A stretch of DNA of 62,563 bases. Source: Pseudomonadota bacterium (lineage in GTDB: Bacteria > Pseudomonadota > Gammaproteobacteria > Pseudomonadales > UBA5862). Within the stretch, counting starts at the first letter, position 1. The number at the start of each line of letters is the position of its first letter. A model generated the notes under the pieces. That model searched no databases and was not told the DNA's origin. It saw only the letters and a program-made list of their open reading frames with translations. The DNA lies in the NCBI GenBank assembly GCA_034189125.1, contig JAXHVB010000068.1, positions 1 to 62,563 on the forward strand, given 5' to 3'. Shown in pieces: positions 19,045-28,182 of the stretch. Both the position numbers and the translations under genes were made by a program.

Positions 19045-19604
19045 CAGAGGCGCGCCTCGTCTTCGACCGCGGTGGGCGCGGGCAGCCGCTTGCCTTGCAG
19101 TACGGCCAGGTTGCGCAGGGCCTCTGCAATGCCTTGCAGCCCCAAGGTCAACGCCAAGCCCAGCAGCAACAGCTTCAGGAGGAACACCGCGGGCAGCCCC
19201 CCAGCGGCAGAAGAACGCTCTTTAAGGCTCCACGAAACCGCCACATAGTCCCAACTGATCCAGAACAGAAACGCCATGAACGGCAACAGGAACACCAAGG
19301 TGCCGAGCAGGTCGATTGCGGCTCGGGCACGTGGTGACAGGCGCTGATAGAAGATGTCCACGCGCACGTGAGCCCCCACTTTCAGTGCGTAGCCGGCGCC
19401 CAGCATGAAGAGTGCGCTGTGCAGGTAGCTCAGGCTTTCCTGCAGTGCAATCGAGCCAATCTGAAACAGTTCGCGCAGCACCACCACGAGAACCGCTACA
19501 GCGACCAACGCCCATGTGAGCCACGCAAGGGAGCGGCCGAGCAACTCGCTGAGTCGGTCGATGCTGTCGATGAGGGGGGTCATGGCCGGGTTCGCGGGCC
19601 GCAC
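19044..19604 (-). CDS. TRAP transporter small permease (DctQ, COG4665-like)
   Basis: 186 aa with 4 TM helices. VRVDIFYQRLSPRARA block. Immediately upstream of DctM. Confidence 0.85.
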   Translation of the reverse strand: MRPANPAMTPLIDSIDRLSELLGRSLAWLTWALVAVAVLVVVLRELFQIGSIALQESLSYLHSALFMLGAGYALKVGAHVRVDIFYQRLSPRARAAIDLLGTLVFLLPFMAFLFWISWDYVAVSWSLKERSSAAGGLPAVFLLKLLLLGLALTLGLQGIAEALRNLAVLQGKRLPAPTAVEDEARL

Positions 19605-19670
19605 AAAAGCGCGACATTATAGGGCCCTGACCCTGGCGCGGCCATGCTCCGCCTGGGCGACACCTTGGGT

Positions 19671-20570
19671 TCAGCTGGTCCGCAGTTTCTTGTCTGCGGC
19701 GTTGGTTTGCTGGATGGCCTCGCGAATCGCCTGCCATTCGGCATCGCCGAGTGATGCGAGGTGGCCGCTGTGACCATTTCCCGCGAGCCACTGGCCACCG
19801 TCGATGGCGATGATTTCCCCGGTGAGGTAATCGCAGCCGTCGGCCATCAGAAAGGTCGCAAGGTTGGTTAACTCGCGCATCTGTCCGATCCGGCCGAGGG
19901 GCACGCGCACTGCCGGGGTCTGCTCCGCGGGGTCTTGGCTGTCCTGTCCGCGAATGGTGGAGAGGTTGAGCCGCTTGCTGGCCCCCTCGGTGGGGAAGGG
20001 TCCCGGGGCGATTCCGTTGATGCGGATGCCGCGGTTGCCCCACTCCACCGCCAGGCTCTTGGTCATGGCCGCGAGGCCGGCCTTGGACATGGCAGAGGGC
20101 ACGGTGAAGGGGCCGCCCGTCCAGATCCAGGTGACCAGTATGTTGATGATGCTGCCCGGCAGCCCGGCCTCCAGCCAGCGGCGCCCGACCGACTGGGTCA
20201 CGTAGAAGGTCCCGTGCAGCACAATGTTGGTGATCGCATTGAAGCCGTTCACCGACAAGTCTTCTGTGCGGGACAGGAAGTTGCCGGCGGCATTGTTGAC
20301 CAGCCCGGTCAGTGGGCCCTGTTGCCAAATGGTGTCGATCATTGCGTCAACCGCCTGGTGGTCGCGGATGTCGACGCTGTGTACGGTCACTGTGCCGCCG
20401 TGTTGGGCCATCAGCCCTTCTGCAGTTTCGCGGAGCACAGGCTCGCGGCGTCCGCAGATGGCGACCTCTGCGCCGAGTTCGAGGTAGTGGCCGGCGATCT
20501 CTTTACCAAGGCCGGTACCGCCGCCTGTGACCAGGATCTTTTTGTTCTTGAGTAGCTCTGGGTGAAACAT
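19671..20570 (-). CDS. SDR-family oxidoreductase (2,4-dienoyl-CoA reductase-like)
   Basis: KKILVTGGGTGLGKEIA, NNAAGNF, SKAGLAAMTKSLAVEW. Confidence 0.85.
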   Translation of the reverse strand: MFHPELLKNKKILVTGGGTGLGKEIAGHYLELGAEVAICGRREPVLRETAEGLMAQHGGTVTVHSVDIRDHQAVDAMIDTIWQQGPLTGLVNNAAGNFLSRTEDLSVNGFNAITNIVLHGTFYVTQSVGRRWLEAGLPGSIINILVTWIWTGGPFTVPSAMSKAGLAAMTKSLAVEWGNRGIRINGIAPGPFPTEGASKRLNLSTIRGQDSQDPAEQTPAVRVPLGRIGQMRELTNLATFLMADGCDYLTGEIIAIDGGQWLAGNGHSGHLASLGDAEWQAIREAIQQTNAADKKLRTS

Positions 20571-20667
20571 GGGGGTCTGTCCGTTTAGGCGTTGAATGGG
20601 TGCACAGCTTGGGGGGGGAGGCTACCATAGTGGCCCCGCTCTTGTTCCCCGAGGACCCCGCTGCACC

Positions 20668-21444
20668 ATGCTGATACTCCTTTCCCCGGCCAAGAGCCTT
20701 GATTTCGACACCCAGGCACCCGCGACCAAGTGCAGCGAACCTGCGCTCCTTGAGGGCAGCCAAGAACTGGTCCAGGGCTTGCGGAAACTTGGCCCGTCCG
20801 GCCTCAAGTCGCTGATGTCGATCAGCGATTCACTGGCCGATCTCAACGCAGCCCGCTTTGCTGACTGGCAACCGACCTGTCACCTTGGCCCATGTAAGCA
20901 GGCCATGTTCGCCTTCACTGGGGACGTCTATCAGGGTTTGGATGCAACAAGCCTCGGTAAGGACGACATCGACCAGGCGCAGGACCGGCTGCGAATTCTG
21001 TCCGGGCTCTACGGCGTGCTGCGCCCGCTGGACCTGATTCGTCCGTACCGGTTGGAAATGGGCAGCCGCTACGCGAACCCACGCGGCAAGGACCTCTACG
21101 CCTATTGGGGTGACGAAATCACCGAACAGCTGAACACGGCCCTGGCGGCACTCGGCGCGGACCGGGTCGTCAATTTGGCCTCCAACGAGTACTTTCGGGC
21201 GGTTCGGCCAAAACAGCTCGCCGCCGAGGTGATCAGCCCGGTTTTCAAGGACCTGAAAAACGGGGCGTACAAGGTGGTCAGTTTTTATGCAAAGCGGGCG
21301 CGCGGCGCCATGGCCCGGTTTCTGATCCAGCAACGGGTGAGGGCCCCGGAAGGCATGGCAGCGTTTGACTGGGCGGGTTACCGCTACGTGCCCGATGTGT
21401 CGACCCCGGCGCAGCCGGTGTTCCTGCGCGACGCGCCGCCTTGA
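20668..21444 (+). CDS. yaaA: peroxide stress protein YaaA (DUF328)
   Basis: The internal ATG gives MLILLSPAKSLDF... with RILSGLYGVLRPLD, YRLEM and YAKRARG. Confidence 0.9.
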   Translation: MLILLSPAKSLDFDTQAPATKCSEPALLEGSQELVQGLRKLGPSGLKSLMSISDSLADLNAARFADWQPTCHLGPCKQAMFAFTGDVYQGLDATSLGKDDIDQAQDRLRILSGLYGVLRPLDLIRPYRLEMGSRYANPRGKDLYAYWGDEITEQLNTALAALGADRVVNLASNEYFRAVRPKQLAAEVISPVFKDLKNGAYKVVSFYAKRARGAMARFLIQQRVRAPEGMAAFDWAGYRYVPDVSTPAQPVFLRDAPP

Positions 21445-22031
21445 CCGATGGTCCCCGCTGGCCGGTCACCCCACCGGTGCTGACAGGTGCACGCGTGCGC
21501 ATGGCACCGCTGCTTAGGGAGCACGCCGCACCCTTGGCGGCCCTGATCGAGTCGGGGGCACTGTACCCGCACCCCCACACCAGCATCCCCGCCCCGGCTG
21601 ATGTGCCGGCCTATATCGAGGAGGCGCTGGAAGAACAGCGCCAGGGCAGGGCGCTTCCCTTTGTGACCTGCGTCGGGTCCGAGGTCGTCGGCACCACCCG
21701 GTTTTGCCGCGTGGCCTGGCCGCATCGGCGGGTGGAGATCGGCTACACCTGGCTGGCACCGAAATACCAGGGCCGTGGGATCAACCGAGCCGCGAAACAC
21801 TTGATGCTCGACTATGCATTCGAGACCTTGGGGATGCAGCGGGTTGAGTTCATCACCGATCTATTGAACCTCCAGTCCCAGCGGGCGCTGGAGCGCATCG
21901 GGGCGCGCCGAGAGGGCCTGCTGCGCCGACACATGCGGATGGCGGATGGTCGGGTCCGTGACTCAGTGGTCTACAGCATCGTCGATACCGACCGCCGCTC
22001 CAAGGCGCCGCAGCGCTCAGCCGGCGAGTGA
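21441..22031 (+). CDS. GNAT-family N-acetyltransferase (RimJ/RimL-like)
   Basis: EIGYTWLAPKYQGRGINRAAKHLMLDYAFETLGMQRVEF...NLQSQRALERIGARREGLLR. The start is uncertain: TTG 21441 overlapping the yaaA stop as TTGA, or GTG 21477. Confidence 0.8.
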   Translation: MTDGPRWPVTPPVLTGARVRMAPLLREHAAPLAALIESGALYPHPHTSIPAPADVPAYIEEALEEQRQGRALPFVTCVGSEVVGTTRFCRVAWPHRRVEIGYTWLAPKYQGRGINRAAKHLMLDYAFETLGMQRVEFITDLLNLQSQRALERIGARREGLLRRHMRMADGRVRDSVVYSIVDTDRRSKAPQRSAGE

Positions 22032-23438
22032 GAACTTCAGCAGGTTGTCGACCATGGCCTCCAACTGCTTGATGGTGCTGCATTCACGCACCAGGTGGCA
22101 GTAGGGTCGATACTGGTTGACCACCGAGTCCCCGGTGTTCCAGGTGACCTGGGGTTCGGGATTGAGCCAAATCACCCGCTTGGCGCGCTGGTACACCAAC
22201 TTGAGGATGTCGGTGCGCGGGTCGCCATAGTTGTTGCGGGCGTCGCCGAGGATCAGCACGGTGGTTCGGTGGTCAATGTTGCGGAGGTTGTCTGCGTGTT
22301 CGATGCGGGTCGACTTCAGGTCCTCGAACATCTGCCCGTAATCGGTGGAGCCGCCACCGCCTTCCTTGAGGGCAACTTCAATGGCTGCCTCGACCGGGTA
22401 CTCGTCGAAAATCTCGTTGATGTCCACCAGATGGCTCGAAAACGCGAAGCTGTCGATCTGCGCCAGCACGTCCTTCAGGCTGTAGAGAAACAGCAGCAAA
22501 AACCGCGAGTAGTCGGCGACCGAGCCCGAAACATCGCAAATGCAAACGATGCGCGGGCGGTCCATGTTTTTGGTCTTCCAGAAAGTCTCGAACAGCACCC
22601 CGTCGTAGGCCACGTTTTTGCGCAGGGTCTTGCGGAAGTCCAACACCCCGCGTTGCACCTGCTTGCGCTTCTTGGCGTGGGTGTCGCTGAGTTTCTTGGC
22701 CAGGCGGCGAACGATTTCGTGCATGCGGTGGAAGTCGCGCCGCTCAACGTTGGATAGCCGGGCGTTCATCAGGAACTCTTCCCGCAGGCGCTTGCTGGTC
22801 CCGCTGCCATAGAGAGACAGCTGCTGTTCGACGAAATTCTGCACCTGTTGCATCAAGTGCTTGCGCACCCGTCGCAGCAAGTTCGCTTGCGCCGCGGCAC
22901 GGGGGCAGTCGCGGTCGGCGAGGCCGGCGATCTCCTCATTGATCTGTTGGGCGCCCATCTCACGCAGGATCTTCTGCGTGTAGATGCCTTTCTGGGTGAA
23001 CAGCCAAATGTCGGTGACGCCGACCTCTTGGGCGGCGCGCTGCATCTCATTGGCGAGGCTGACCCGGTCGTTGTTGAGGACCATGCGGACGAGTTCGGAC
23101 TCGCCCTCGTATTCAGCCGGTGCATCGCCGTCGGCCGCGTCCGGTGTGCCCGCCTCACTGGATGGCTGGGCATCACTGTCGGTGGCTGCCTCCGGGCGAT
23201 TGGCTTCACTGTCCGATTGAAAGCTGTCGAAGGTGAAAAACGCCTCGAAACACTCATCGAAGCGCTGTTTCTCATCCCAGGACTTGGCCAGCGTGGTTCC
23301 AAGTGCTGCCTTCAAAACCTTCCGGTCGGCAAAACCGACCAGGTCGAGGGTGCGGCTCGCCTCGATGCTCTCGGCCGCCGAGATGGTGATGTCTCGGCTG
23401 CGCACTGCCTTGAAGAAGTCCTGCAGCACCTGTTGCAT
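22017..23438 (-). CDS. VWA domain protein, CoxE-like
   Basis: The C-terminal VWA domain has the MIDAS motif CDVSGSV, plus ILGDARNNYGDP and WLNPEP, typical of VWA_CoxE. The N-terminal half contains an acidic low-complexity stretch. Lies 6 nt downstream of the MoxR gene. Confidence 0.85.
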   Translation of the reverse strand: MQQVLQDFFKAVRSRDITISAAESIEASRTLDLVGFADRKVLKAALGTTLAKSWDEKQRFDECFEAFFTFDSFQSDSEANRPEAATDSDAQPSSEAGTPDAADGDAPAEYEGESELVRMVLNNDRVSLANEMQRAAQEVGVTDIWLFTQKGIYTQKILREMGAQQINEEIAGLADRDCPRAAAQANLLRRVRKHLMQQVQNFVEQQLSLYGSGTSKRLREEFLMNARLSNVERRDFHRMHEIVRRLAKKLSDTHAKKRKQVQRGVLDFRKTLRKNVAYDGVLFETFWKTKNMDRPRIVCICDVSGSVADYSRFLLLFLYSLKDVLAQIDSFAFSSHLVDINEIFDEYPVEAAIEVALKEGGGGSTDYGQMFEDLKSTRIEHADNLRNIDHRTTVLILGDARNNYGDPRTDILKLVYQRAKRVIWLNPEPQVTWNTGDSVVNQYRPYCHLVRECSTIKQLEAMVDNLLKFSLAG

Positions 23439-23444
23439 GGTCGC

Positions 23445-24401
23445 TTACCCCGCTTTGCGCCCGGCCTCTTTGTCACCCGCCAGCAGTGTGCCTGTGAGCT
23501 CCTTGACCGCGTCGATGTCCTCTTGGAACTTGAGGATCGTGTTCAGCGTGGTGTGGACCAGCTGCTCATCGAGGTGTTGGGCATGGAGCAGCACCAGAAC
23601 CCGGGCCCAGTCGATGGTCTCGCTGGTGGAGGGCGCTTTTTTCAACTCGAGCGCGCGCACCTGGTGGACGAAATCGACCAGCTGATCGCGCAGGTTGTCC
23701 TCGAGCTCGGGCACCCGCGTCCGCAGGATTTGGGATTCCAGTTCCGGCTCGGGGTAGGGAATGCTGAGGTGCAGGCAGCGCCGTTTGAGGGCGTCGCTCA
23801 TCTCACGGTTGTTGTTGGAAGTCAGGAACACCAGTGGTTTGGTTTTCGAGACGATGGTGCCGATTTCGGGAATGGACACTTGAAAATCGGACAGCACCTC
23901 AAGCAGGAACGCCTCGAATTCATGGTCCGACTTATCGACTTCGTCGATCAGCAGCACGCAACCATGCTCTTCGTGCAGGGCCTTGAACAGCGGGCGCGGC
24001 TCGAGGAAGTCTTCGGAAAAGAACAGGTCTTCGTGGGAGTGCAGCTTTTCCATGGCGCCGCCCAGGGTGTCGGCGTCGCCGAGCAGCTCGTTGAGCTTGT
24101 CTTTGAGCAACTGCGTGTAGAGCAGCTGCTTGCCATACTTCCACTCGTAGAGTGCCTTGGATTCGTCGAGCCCTTCATAACATTGCAGGCGAATCAGCGG
24201 GACCCCAAGCATCGCTGCGGTGGTCTTGGCCATCTCGGTTTTTCCGACCCCGGCAGGGCCTTCGACCAAGATGGGTTTCTGCAAGTTGTGGGCAATGAAG
24301 ACCGCGGTGGCAATCTCCGTGCTTGCGATGTAGCCAGCATCCAAAAATTCTTTTTGGATGTCTTCCACTGAGCCAAAACGGTCGGCATAAAGGTCTTTCA
24401 T
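23445..24401 (-). CDS. MoxR-family AAA+ ATPase (CoxD-like, AAA_5)
   Basis: Walker A VEGPAGVGKTEMAK, Walker B LLIDEVDK, and LQCYEGLDESKALYEWKY. ATG at 24401 with an AGGA RBS. The ORF-track N-terminal extension is not supported. Confidence 0.9.
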   Translation of the reverse strand: MKDLYADRFGSVEDIQKEFLDAGYIASTEIATAVFIAHNLQKPILVEGPAGVGKTEMAKTTAAMLGVPLIRLQCYEGLDESKALYEWKYGKQLLYTQLLKDKLNELLGDADTLGGAMEKLHSHEDLFFSEDFLEPRPLFKALHEEHGCVLLIDEVDKSDHEFEAFLLEVLSDFQVSIPEIGTIVSKTKPLVFLTSNNNREMSDALKRRCLHLSIPYPEPELESQILRTRVPELEDNLRDQLVDFVHQVRALELKKAPSTSETIDWARVLVLLHAQHLDEQLVHTTLNTILKFQEDIDAVKELTGTLLAGDKEAGRKAG

Positions 24402-24515
24402 GGCGCTACCTGAATCCTTTGGCGCGCCGGCGCGCGCGGGAGAGCGAAAGCCTGACATTCTCGCCGATGCATCCGGCGTGCCGCAACTCAGGGGGCGGGC
24501 GCGCCCGCAATGCGC

Positions 24516-24833
24516 TCAGCGGGCTGCGTTCTCGATGGCCTGGCGATAGGGGGCGGCCTTGCGGTGTTGGCGCATCACCTCCAATAGGCTCTGCCCCTGG
24601 GGGCCTGGGGCGTGCAAGTTGCGCCCTTCGGCCACGAAGAACGCCACCAGACGCTCGAAATCCTCCGGGCGCATGCTGCGGTAGGCCTTTTCGAGTACGT
24701 TGTAGTCGGGGTCTATACCGGCGGGTGGCTCGGCGCTCAAAAAACCCCGAACACGGTCGTCGGACCAGACTTCATCAAAGACCTTTTGCTTGTCTTTGCG
24801 CGGTGGCGTGGGGGGTTGGGGGCTGGATGGCAT
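24516..24833 (-). CDS. small conserved hypothetical protein (105 aa)
   Basis: GGAG lies 6 nt upstream of the ATG. Coding-like GC3. The sequence feels familiar from gammaproteobacterial hypotheticals, but I cannot name the family with confidence. Confidence 0.55.
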   Translation of the reverse strand: MPSSPQPPTPPRKDKQKVFDEVWSDDRVRGFLSAEPPAGIDPDYNVLEKAYRSMRPEDFERLVAFFVAEGRNLHAPGPQGQSLLEVMRQHRKAAPYRQAIENAAR

Positions 24834-24903
24834 CCGGAACTCCTGAGCGGCTCATAACCTGGGTGCGTGCATTGTAAGCCTGAGGGCCGGCGGGCCAAGG
24901 GGG

Positions 24904-25614
24904 TCAGTCACCGGGACGTGGGGCCCATTTGCTGCGCAACCAACCCCAGAGGCTGTTGTCCTTCAAGAGATAGCGGTCGATGCGCTCCAGTTCGTGCTCC
25001 AGGGCCTCGGGGTCACGAAACAGCCGAGCGCGGGTGACGATGGCCTGCTCGGGGTCCAATTCCTTGACCACCCGGGCGGGGTTGCCGGCGGCGATCGAGT
25101 TGGGGGGTACATCGCGGGTGACCACCGATCCCGCACCGACGATGCTGTTCTCTCCGACCCGGACGCCCTTGCAAACGATCGCGCTGTCGCCAATCCACAC
25201 ATTGTCCTCCAGCACGACGGGCGCGTTGCCGCCGATGTGTTGGGTGCGGTCGTAGAGGTCGTGCCAGTCTGCGTCGGTGATGTAGGCGTTGTTCGCGAAC
25301 ATGCAATTGTCGCCCACCTCAATGGCGCTGGCCGACGACATCCGCACGCCAGGACAGATGAGCGCGTGGTTGCCGATTTGAATGCGGCCCGGGCCGATCA
25401 CGCTGAGGCGCACCTTGCCCTCTGGGGTACAGATGATGTGGGCAAAGTCGCCGATCTGGATCGGACCGCCGTACAGCACCAGGTGCCATGGCTTGAGCAC
25501 CGATGTGTCGCGGCCCAGGTCCGTCAACTGCGGTCGGATCCAACGGTTTACGTACCAGCGCTGGGCCCGCATGTGCCAGCGCTTCAGGTAGTAGGGTCGG
25601 TGTTCCTTGAGCAC
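24904..25614 (-). CDS. hexapeptide-repeat (LbH) acyl/acetyltransferase
   Basis: Left-handed beta-helix repeats (IGNHALICPGVRM, IEVGDNCMFANNAYI, VLEDNVWIGDSAIVCKGVRVGENSIVGAGSVV). GTG 25614 has AAGGA 6-7 nt upstream. Alternative starts are 25710 and 25572. Confidence 0.8.
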   Translation of the reverse strand: MLKEHRPYYLKRWHMRAQRWYVNRWIRPQLTDLGRDTSVLKPWHLVLYGGPIQIGDFAHIICTPEGKVRLSVIGPGRIQIGNHALICPGVRMSSASAIEVGDNCMFANNAYITDADWHDLYDRTQHIGGNAPVVLEDNVWIGDSAIVCKGVRVGENSIVGAGSVVTRDVPPNSIAAGNPARVVKELDPEQAIVTRARLFRDPEALEHELERIDRYLLKDNSLWGWLRSKWAPRPGD

Positions 25615-25726
25615 GCGTGTTCCTTGGGTGCGGTGCGTGGCGGCGCGGCCATCATACGCAAGCCCCGGCCTCCAATACAGTGCCCGCGCAGGCGCGCGAG
25701 CTTGGCGCATGCCACTGGGGGCTGGT

Positions 25727-25732
25727 TATAAT
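25727..25732 (+). promoter_or_regulatory. candidate -10 box (TATAAT) upstream of the MFS gene
   Basis: GGCTGGTTATAATCGCGCG is nearly identical to the uvrD upstream element GGCTGGTATAATCGCGCG. It lies 50 nt upstream of ATG 25782. No convincing -35. Confidence 0.3.
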
Positions 25733-25781
25733 CGCGCGGCTTTTAATTCTTCCGCCCCAGGGCGCGCGTCGGAGACTACAC

Positions 25782-27035
25782 ATGTTTTATGGCTGGATTC
25801 TGCTGGGCGCGCTGTCCTTCATTTACTTTTTGTCCATCGGTTCGATTTTCTATGGCTTTTCGGTGGTCATCCCACAGATCATCGAAAATACCGGCTGGAC
25901 GCGCGCCGAGGTCGGCGCCGGGTTTTCCATTGTGACCCTCACCCTCGGGCTTTCCGGCCCAGTGGTCGCTGTGTTGCTGCGCCGCTTCGGTGCCCGCGGC
26001 ACCATGACACTGGGTGGTGGTGTCATCGCCGGGGGCTGCGCGCTGGTGTACACGGGCCAGTCATTGCTCCCCTTCTACTTGGGGCTGGGGGTGGTCGGCG
26101 CGGGCATGGCCATGCAGACCGTGTTGCCCGGAACCCATTTGCTCGCCCACTGGTTCGAGCGGCGCCGGGCACTGGCCATTGGGGTGTTCATGGCTTCGGC
26201 GGGCCTTGGCGCCTTTGTGGCCGCGCCTATTTTTGCCGCGATTTCCGAGTCGACCGGGAGCTGGCGCATCGTGATGCCGATCATGGGGGGCAGCGCACTG
26301 TTGTCGAGCGTCTTGGCGTTTTTTGTGGTCCGAGAAACCCCGGCAGCGATCGGAGAAGTTGCAGACGGGCGCGCCGCCCAAGCGGCGAACGCCGGCGCCG
26401 CGCGAAAGCCCACCCGCGTGCACCAGACCACCGACACATGGACGGTCGGAGAAGCCCTGCGTACCCGCGCGTTCTGGCTAATCGTTTTGGGCGCTGCCCT
26501 GGCAGTTGTCGGTACGACCATCGTGAACAGCCAGTCGGTGCTGCACATGGAAGACCTCGGGTTGTCGCGGGTGTTGGCGGCGAGTGCTTTGGGGATCACC
26601 GGACTGCTCAGCACGCTCGGCCGCCTGTTTTCCGGGGGCATGGGCGACCGGGTGGATCCCAAGTTCCTGCTCGGCTGCGGCTTGGCGCTGGAACTGATGA
26701 GTGTCGTCATCCTGCAGTTTGCCGGGACCGCCGTGATCGCGTACACCTTCGCGGTGCTGTTCGGCCTCGGCTACGGCCTGGCTTCGGTGGCGAGTCCCGC
26801 ACTGATCGCGAACTACTTTGGTTCGGGAAGCTATGCGCCTCTGTTTGCTACCCGAGGTGTGCTGGTGACGGTCCTGGGGGCCGCGGGCCCCATACTGGCG
26901 GGGTTGGTCTACGACGCGTCCGGCTCGTACAGTTTGGTGTTCTACGCCTACGCCGCGCTTTCTGCCGTGGGTGTTTTTCTGGTTTTGTCGATTCGGCCGC
27001 CACTCAAGGCGCACGCGACTACGCCTTCGGTGTGA
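25782..27035 (+). CDS. MFS transporter (oxalate/formate antiporter-like subfamily, tentative)
   Basis: The internal ATG with a GGAG RBS gives MFYGWILLGALSFIYF.... About 12 TM segments over 417 aa. Confidence 0.85.
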   Translation: MFYGWILLGALSFIYFLSIGSIFYGFSVVIPQIIENTGWTRAEVGAGFSIVTLTLGLSGPVVAVLLRRFGARGTMTLGGGVIAGGCALVYTGQSLLPFYLGLGVVGAGMAMQTVLPGTHLLAHWFERRRALAIGVFMASAGLGAFVAAPIFAAISESTGSWRIVMPIMGGSALLSSVLAFFVVRETPAAIGEVADGRAAQAANAGAARKPTRVHQTTDTWTVGEALRTRAFWLIVLGAALAVVGTTIVNSQSVLHMEDLGLSRVLAASALGITGLLSTLGRLFSGGMGDRVDPKFLLGCGLALELMSVVILQFAGTAVIAYTFAVLFGLGYGLASVASPALIANYFGSGSYAPLFATRGVLVTVLGAAGPILAGLVYDASGSYSLVFYAYAALSAVGVFLVLSIRPPLKAHATTPSV

Positions 27036-28182
27036 TTGCGTGCGAGGGAGCCGTGCGAAAAGGCGATTTTTCCTCAGCCGCTGCTGCATAAGCGCGCACG
27101 TGCGGGGTTTCTTCGGCCAAAAACTGGGCAATCGCATCGCGAAAGCCCGGATGCTCGACCCAGTGCACCGAGTGGGTGGTGGTCGGCAGGAACCCGCGTT
27201 GAATCTTGTGTTCTCCCTGTGCACCTGGGTCAAATCGGGTTAACCCCTGTTCGATGCAGTGTTCGATGCCTTGGTAATAGCAGGCCTCGAAGTGCAAACA
27301 CTCGTATTCCTGGTCGCAGCCCCAATAGCGGCCGTAGAGCGCGTCGGCCCCTTGAAAGCTGAGCGCTGCGCCTACTGGCTGGTCGCCCAGCCGTGCGACC
27401 ACCATCATCAGCTGCTCGGGCATGGACTCGGCCAGGCGCAGAAAGAACTCCAGGTTTAGGTAGGGCGTCTGGCCCCGCTTGTGGTAGGTCAGGGCGTAAA
27501 AGTCGAAAAACTGTGACCAGGTTGGCTGGTCGATGTCCGGCCCCGTCAGGCGCTCCAATACAATGCCCTGGTCCGCGACCCGCTTGCGCTCCTTGCGCAG
27601 GTTCTTGCGCTTGCGGGATGCGAGTGCATCCAGGAACCCCTCGAAGCTTTCGTAGCCCTGATTGACCCAGTGAAACTGGGTGCCTTCTCGCACCAGTGCG
27701 CCTTTGCGCTTCCAAGCGGCAACTTCATCGGGCTCGGCAAACAGGCCGTGCCAACTGGAGGCGGGCAGTTGCGCGCACAGCTGTTGCAGCTCCTCCCAGA
27801 TGGCGGTCAAAACGGTGCCCTCGTCGACCCCAGGGGCCCGCGCCAAGCGAGGTCCGGTTGCTGGTGTGAAGGGGACGGCCGAGAGCAGTTTGGGATAGTA
27901 CTCCAGGCCGTGACGCTGGTACGCGTGGGCCCAGGACCAATCGAACACATATTCCCCGTAGGAGTGGCCCTTCAGGTACAGGGGCAGCAGGGCGAGCAGC
28001 TCGTTCGTGTCGCTGCGGACTCGCACATGCAAGGGTTGCCAGCCGGTGTCGGGGCAGACCGCACCTGAGGCTTCAAGGGCCGACAGGAATTCGTGTCGGA
28101 GGAAGGGGTACGCGGTGCCTGTCAGCCCATTCCATTGTGCACTTGGGACGTCTTCGATGTGGGTGACAAGGTCAAGGTTCAC
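27019..28182 (-). CDS. DUF482 / FemAB-like GNAT-fold protein (COG3146)
   Basis: YPFLRHEFLSALEASGAV, GWQPLHV, LKGHSYGEYVFDWSWA, YYPKLLSAVPFTPATGPR, FDFYALTYHKRG, YGRYWGC, LHFEACYYQGIEHCI, FDPGAQGEHKIQRGF. The GTG start overlaps the ubiA stop (GTGA). The rest of the 668-aa ORF-track entry is an out-of-frame read over ubiA. Confidence 0.8.
   Translation of the reverse strand: MNLDLVTHIEDVPSAQWNGLTGTAYPFLRHEFLSALEASGAVCPDTGWQPLHVRVRSDTNELLALLPLYLKGHSYGEYVFDWSWAHAYQRHGLEYYPKLLSAVPFTPATGPRLARAPGVDEGTVLTAIWEELQQLCAQLPASSWHGLFAEPDEVAAWKRKGALVREGTQFHWVNQGYESFEGFLDALASRKRKNLRKERKRVADQGIVLERLTGPDIDQPTWSQFFDFYALTYHKRGQTPYLNLEFFLRLAESMPEQLMMVVARLGDQPVGAALSFQGADALYGRYWGCDQEYECLHFEACYYQGIEHCIEQGLTRFDPGAQGEHKIQRGFLPTTTHSVHWVEHPGFRDAIAQFLAEETPHVRAYAAAAEEKSPFRTAPSHAITPKA

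Noticed and set aside
22848-24371. 507-aa plus-strand ORF covering the MoxR/VWA region
   Set aside because: It is antisense to two genes with clear family signatures (Walker A/B, MIDAS). Its translation is low-complexity (L/V/G/H/Q-rich) with no recognisable motif. This is a typical shadow ORF of high-GC DNA.
24497-24510. GC-only palindrome GCGGGCGCGCCCGC just downstream of the 105-aa gene as a terminator
   Set aside because: It has a short stem with a minimal loop and no following T-tract on the minus strand. It may be a weak or Rho-dependent site, but it cannot be called an intrinsic terminator.
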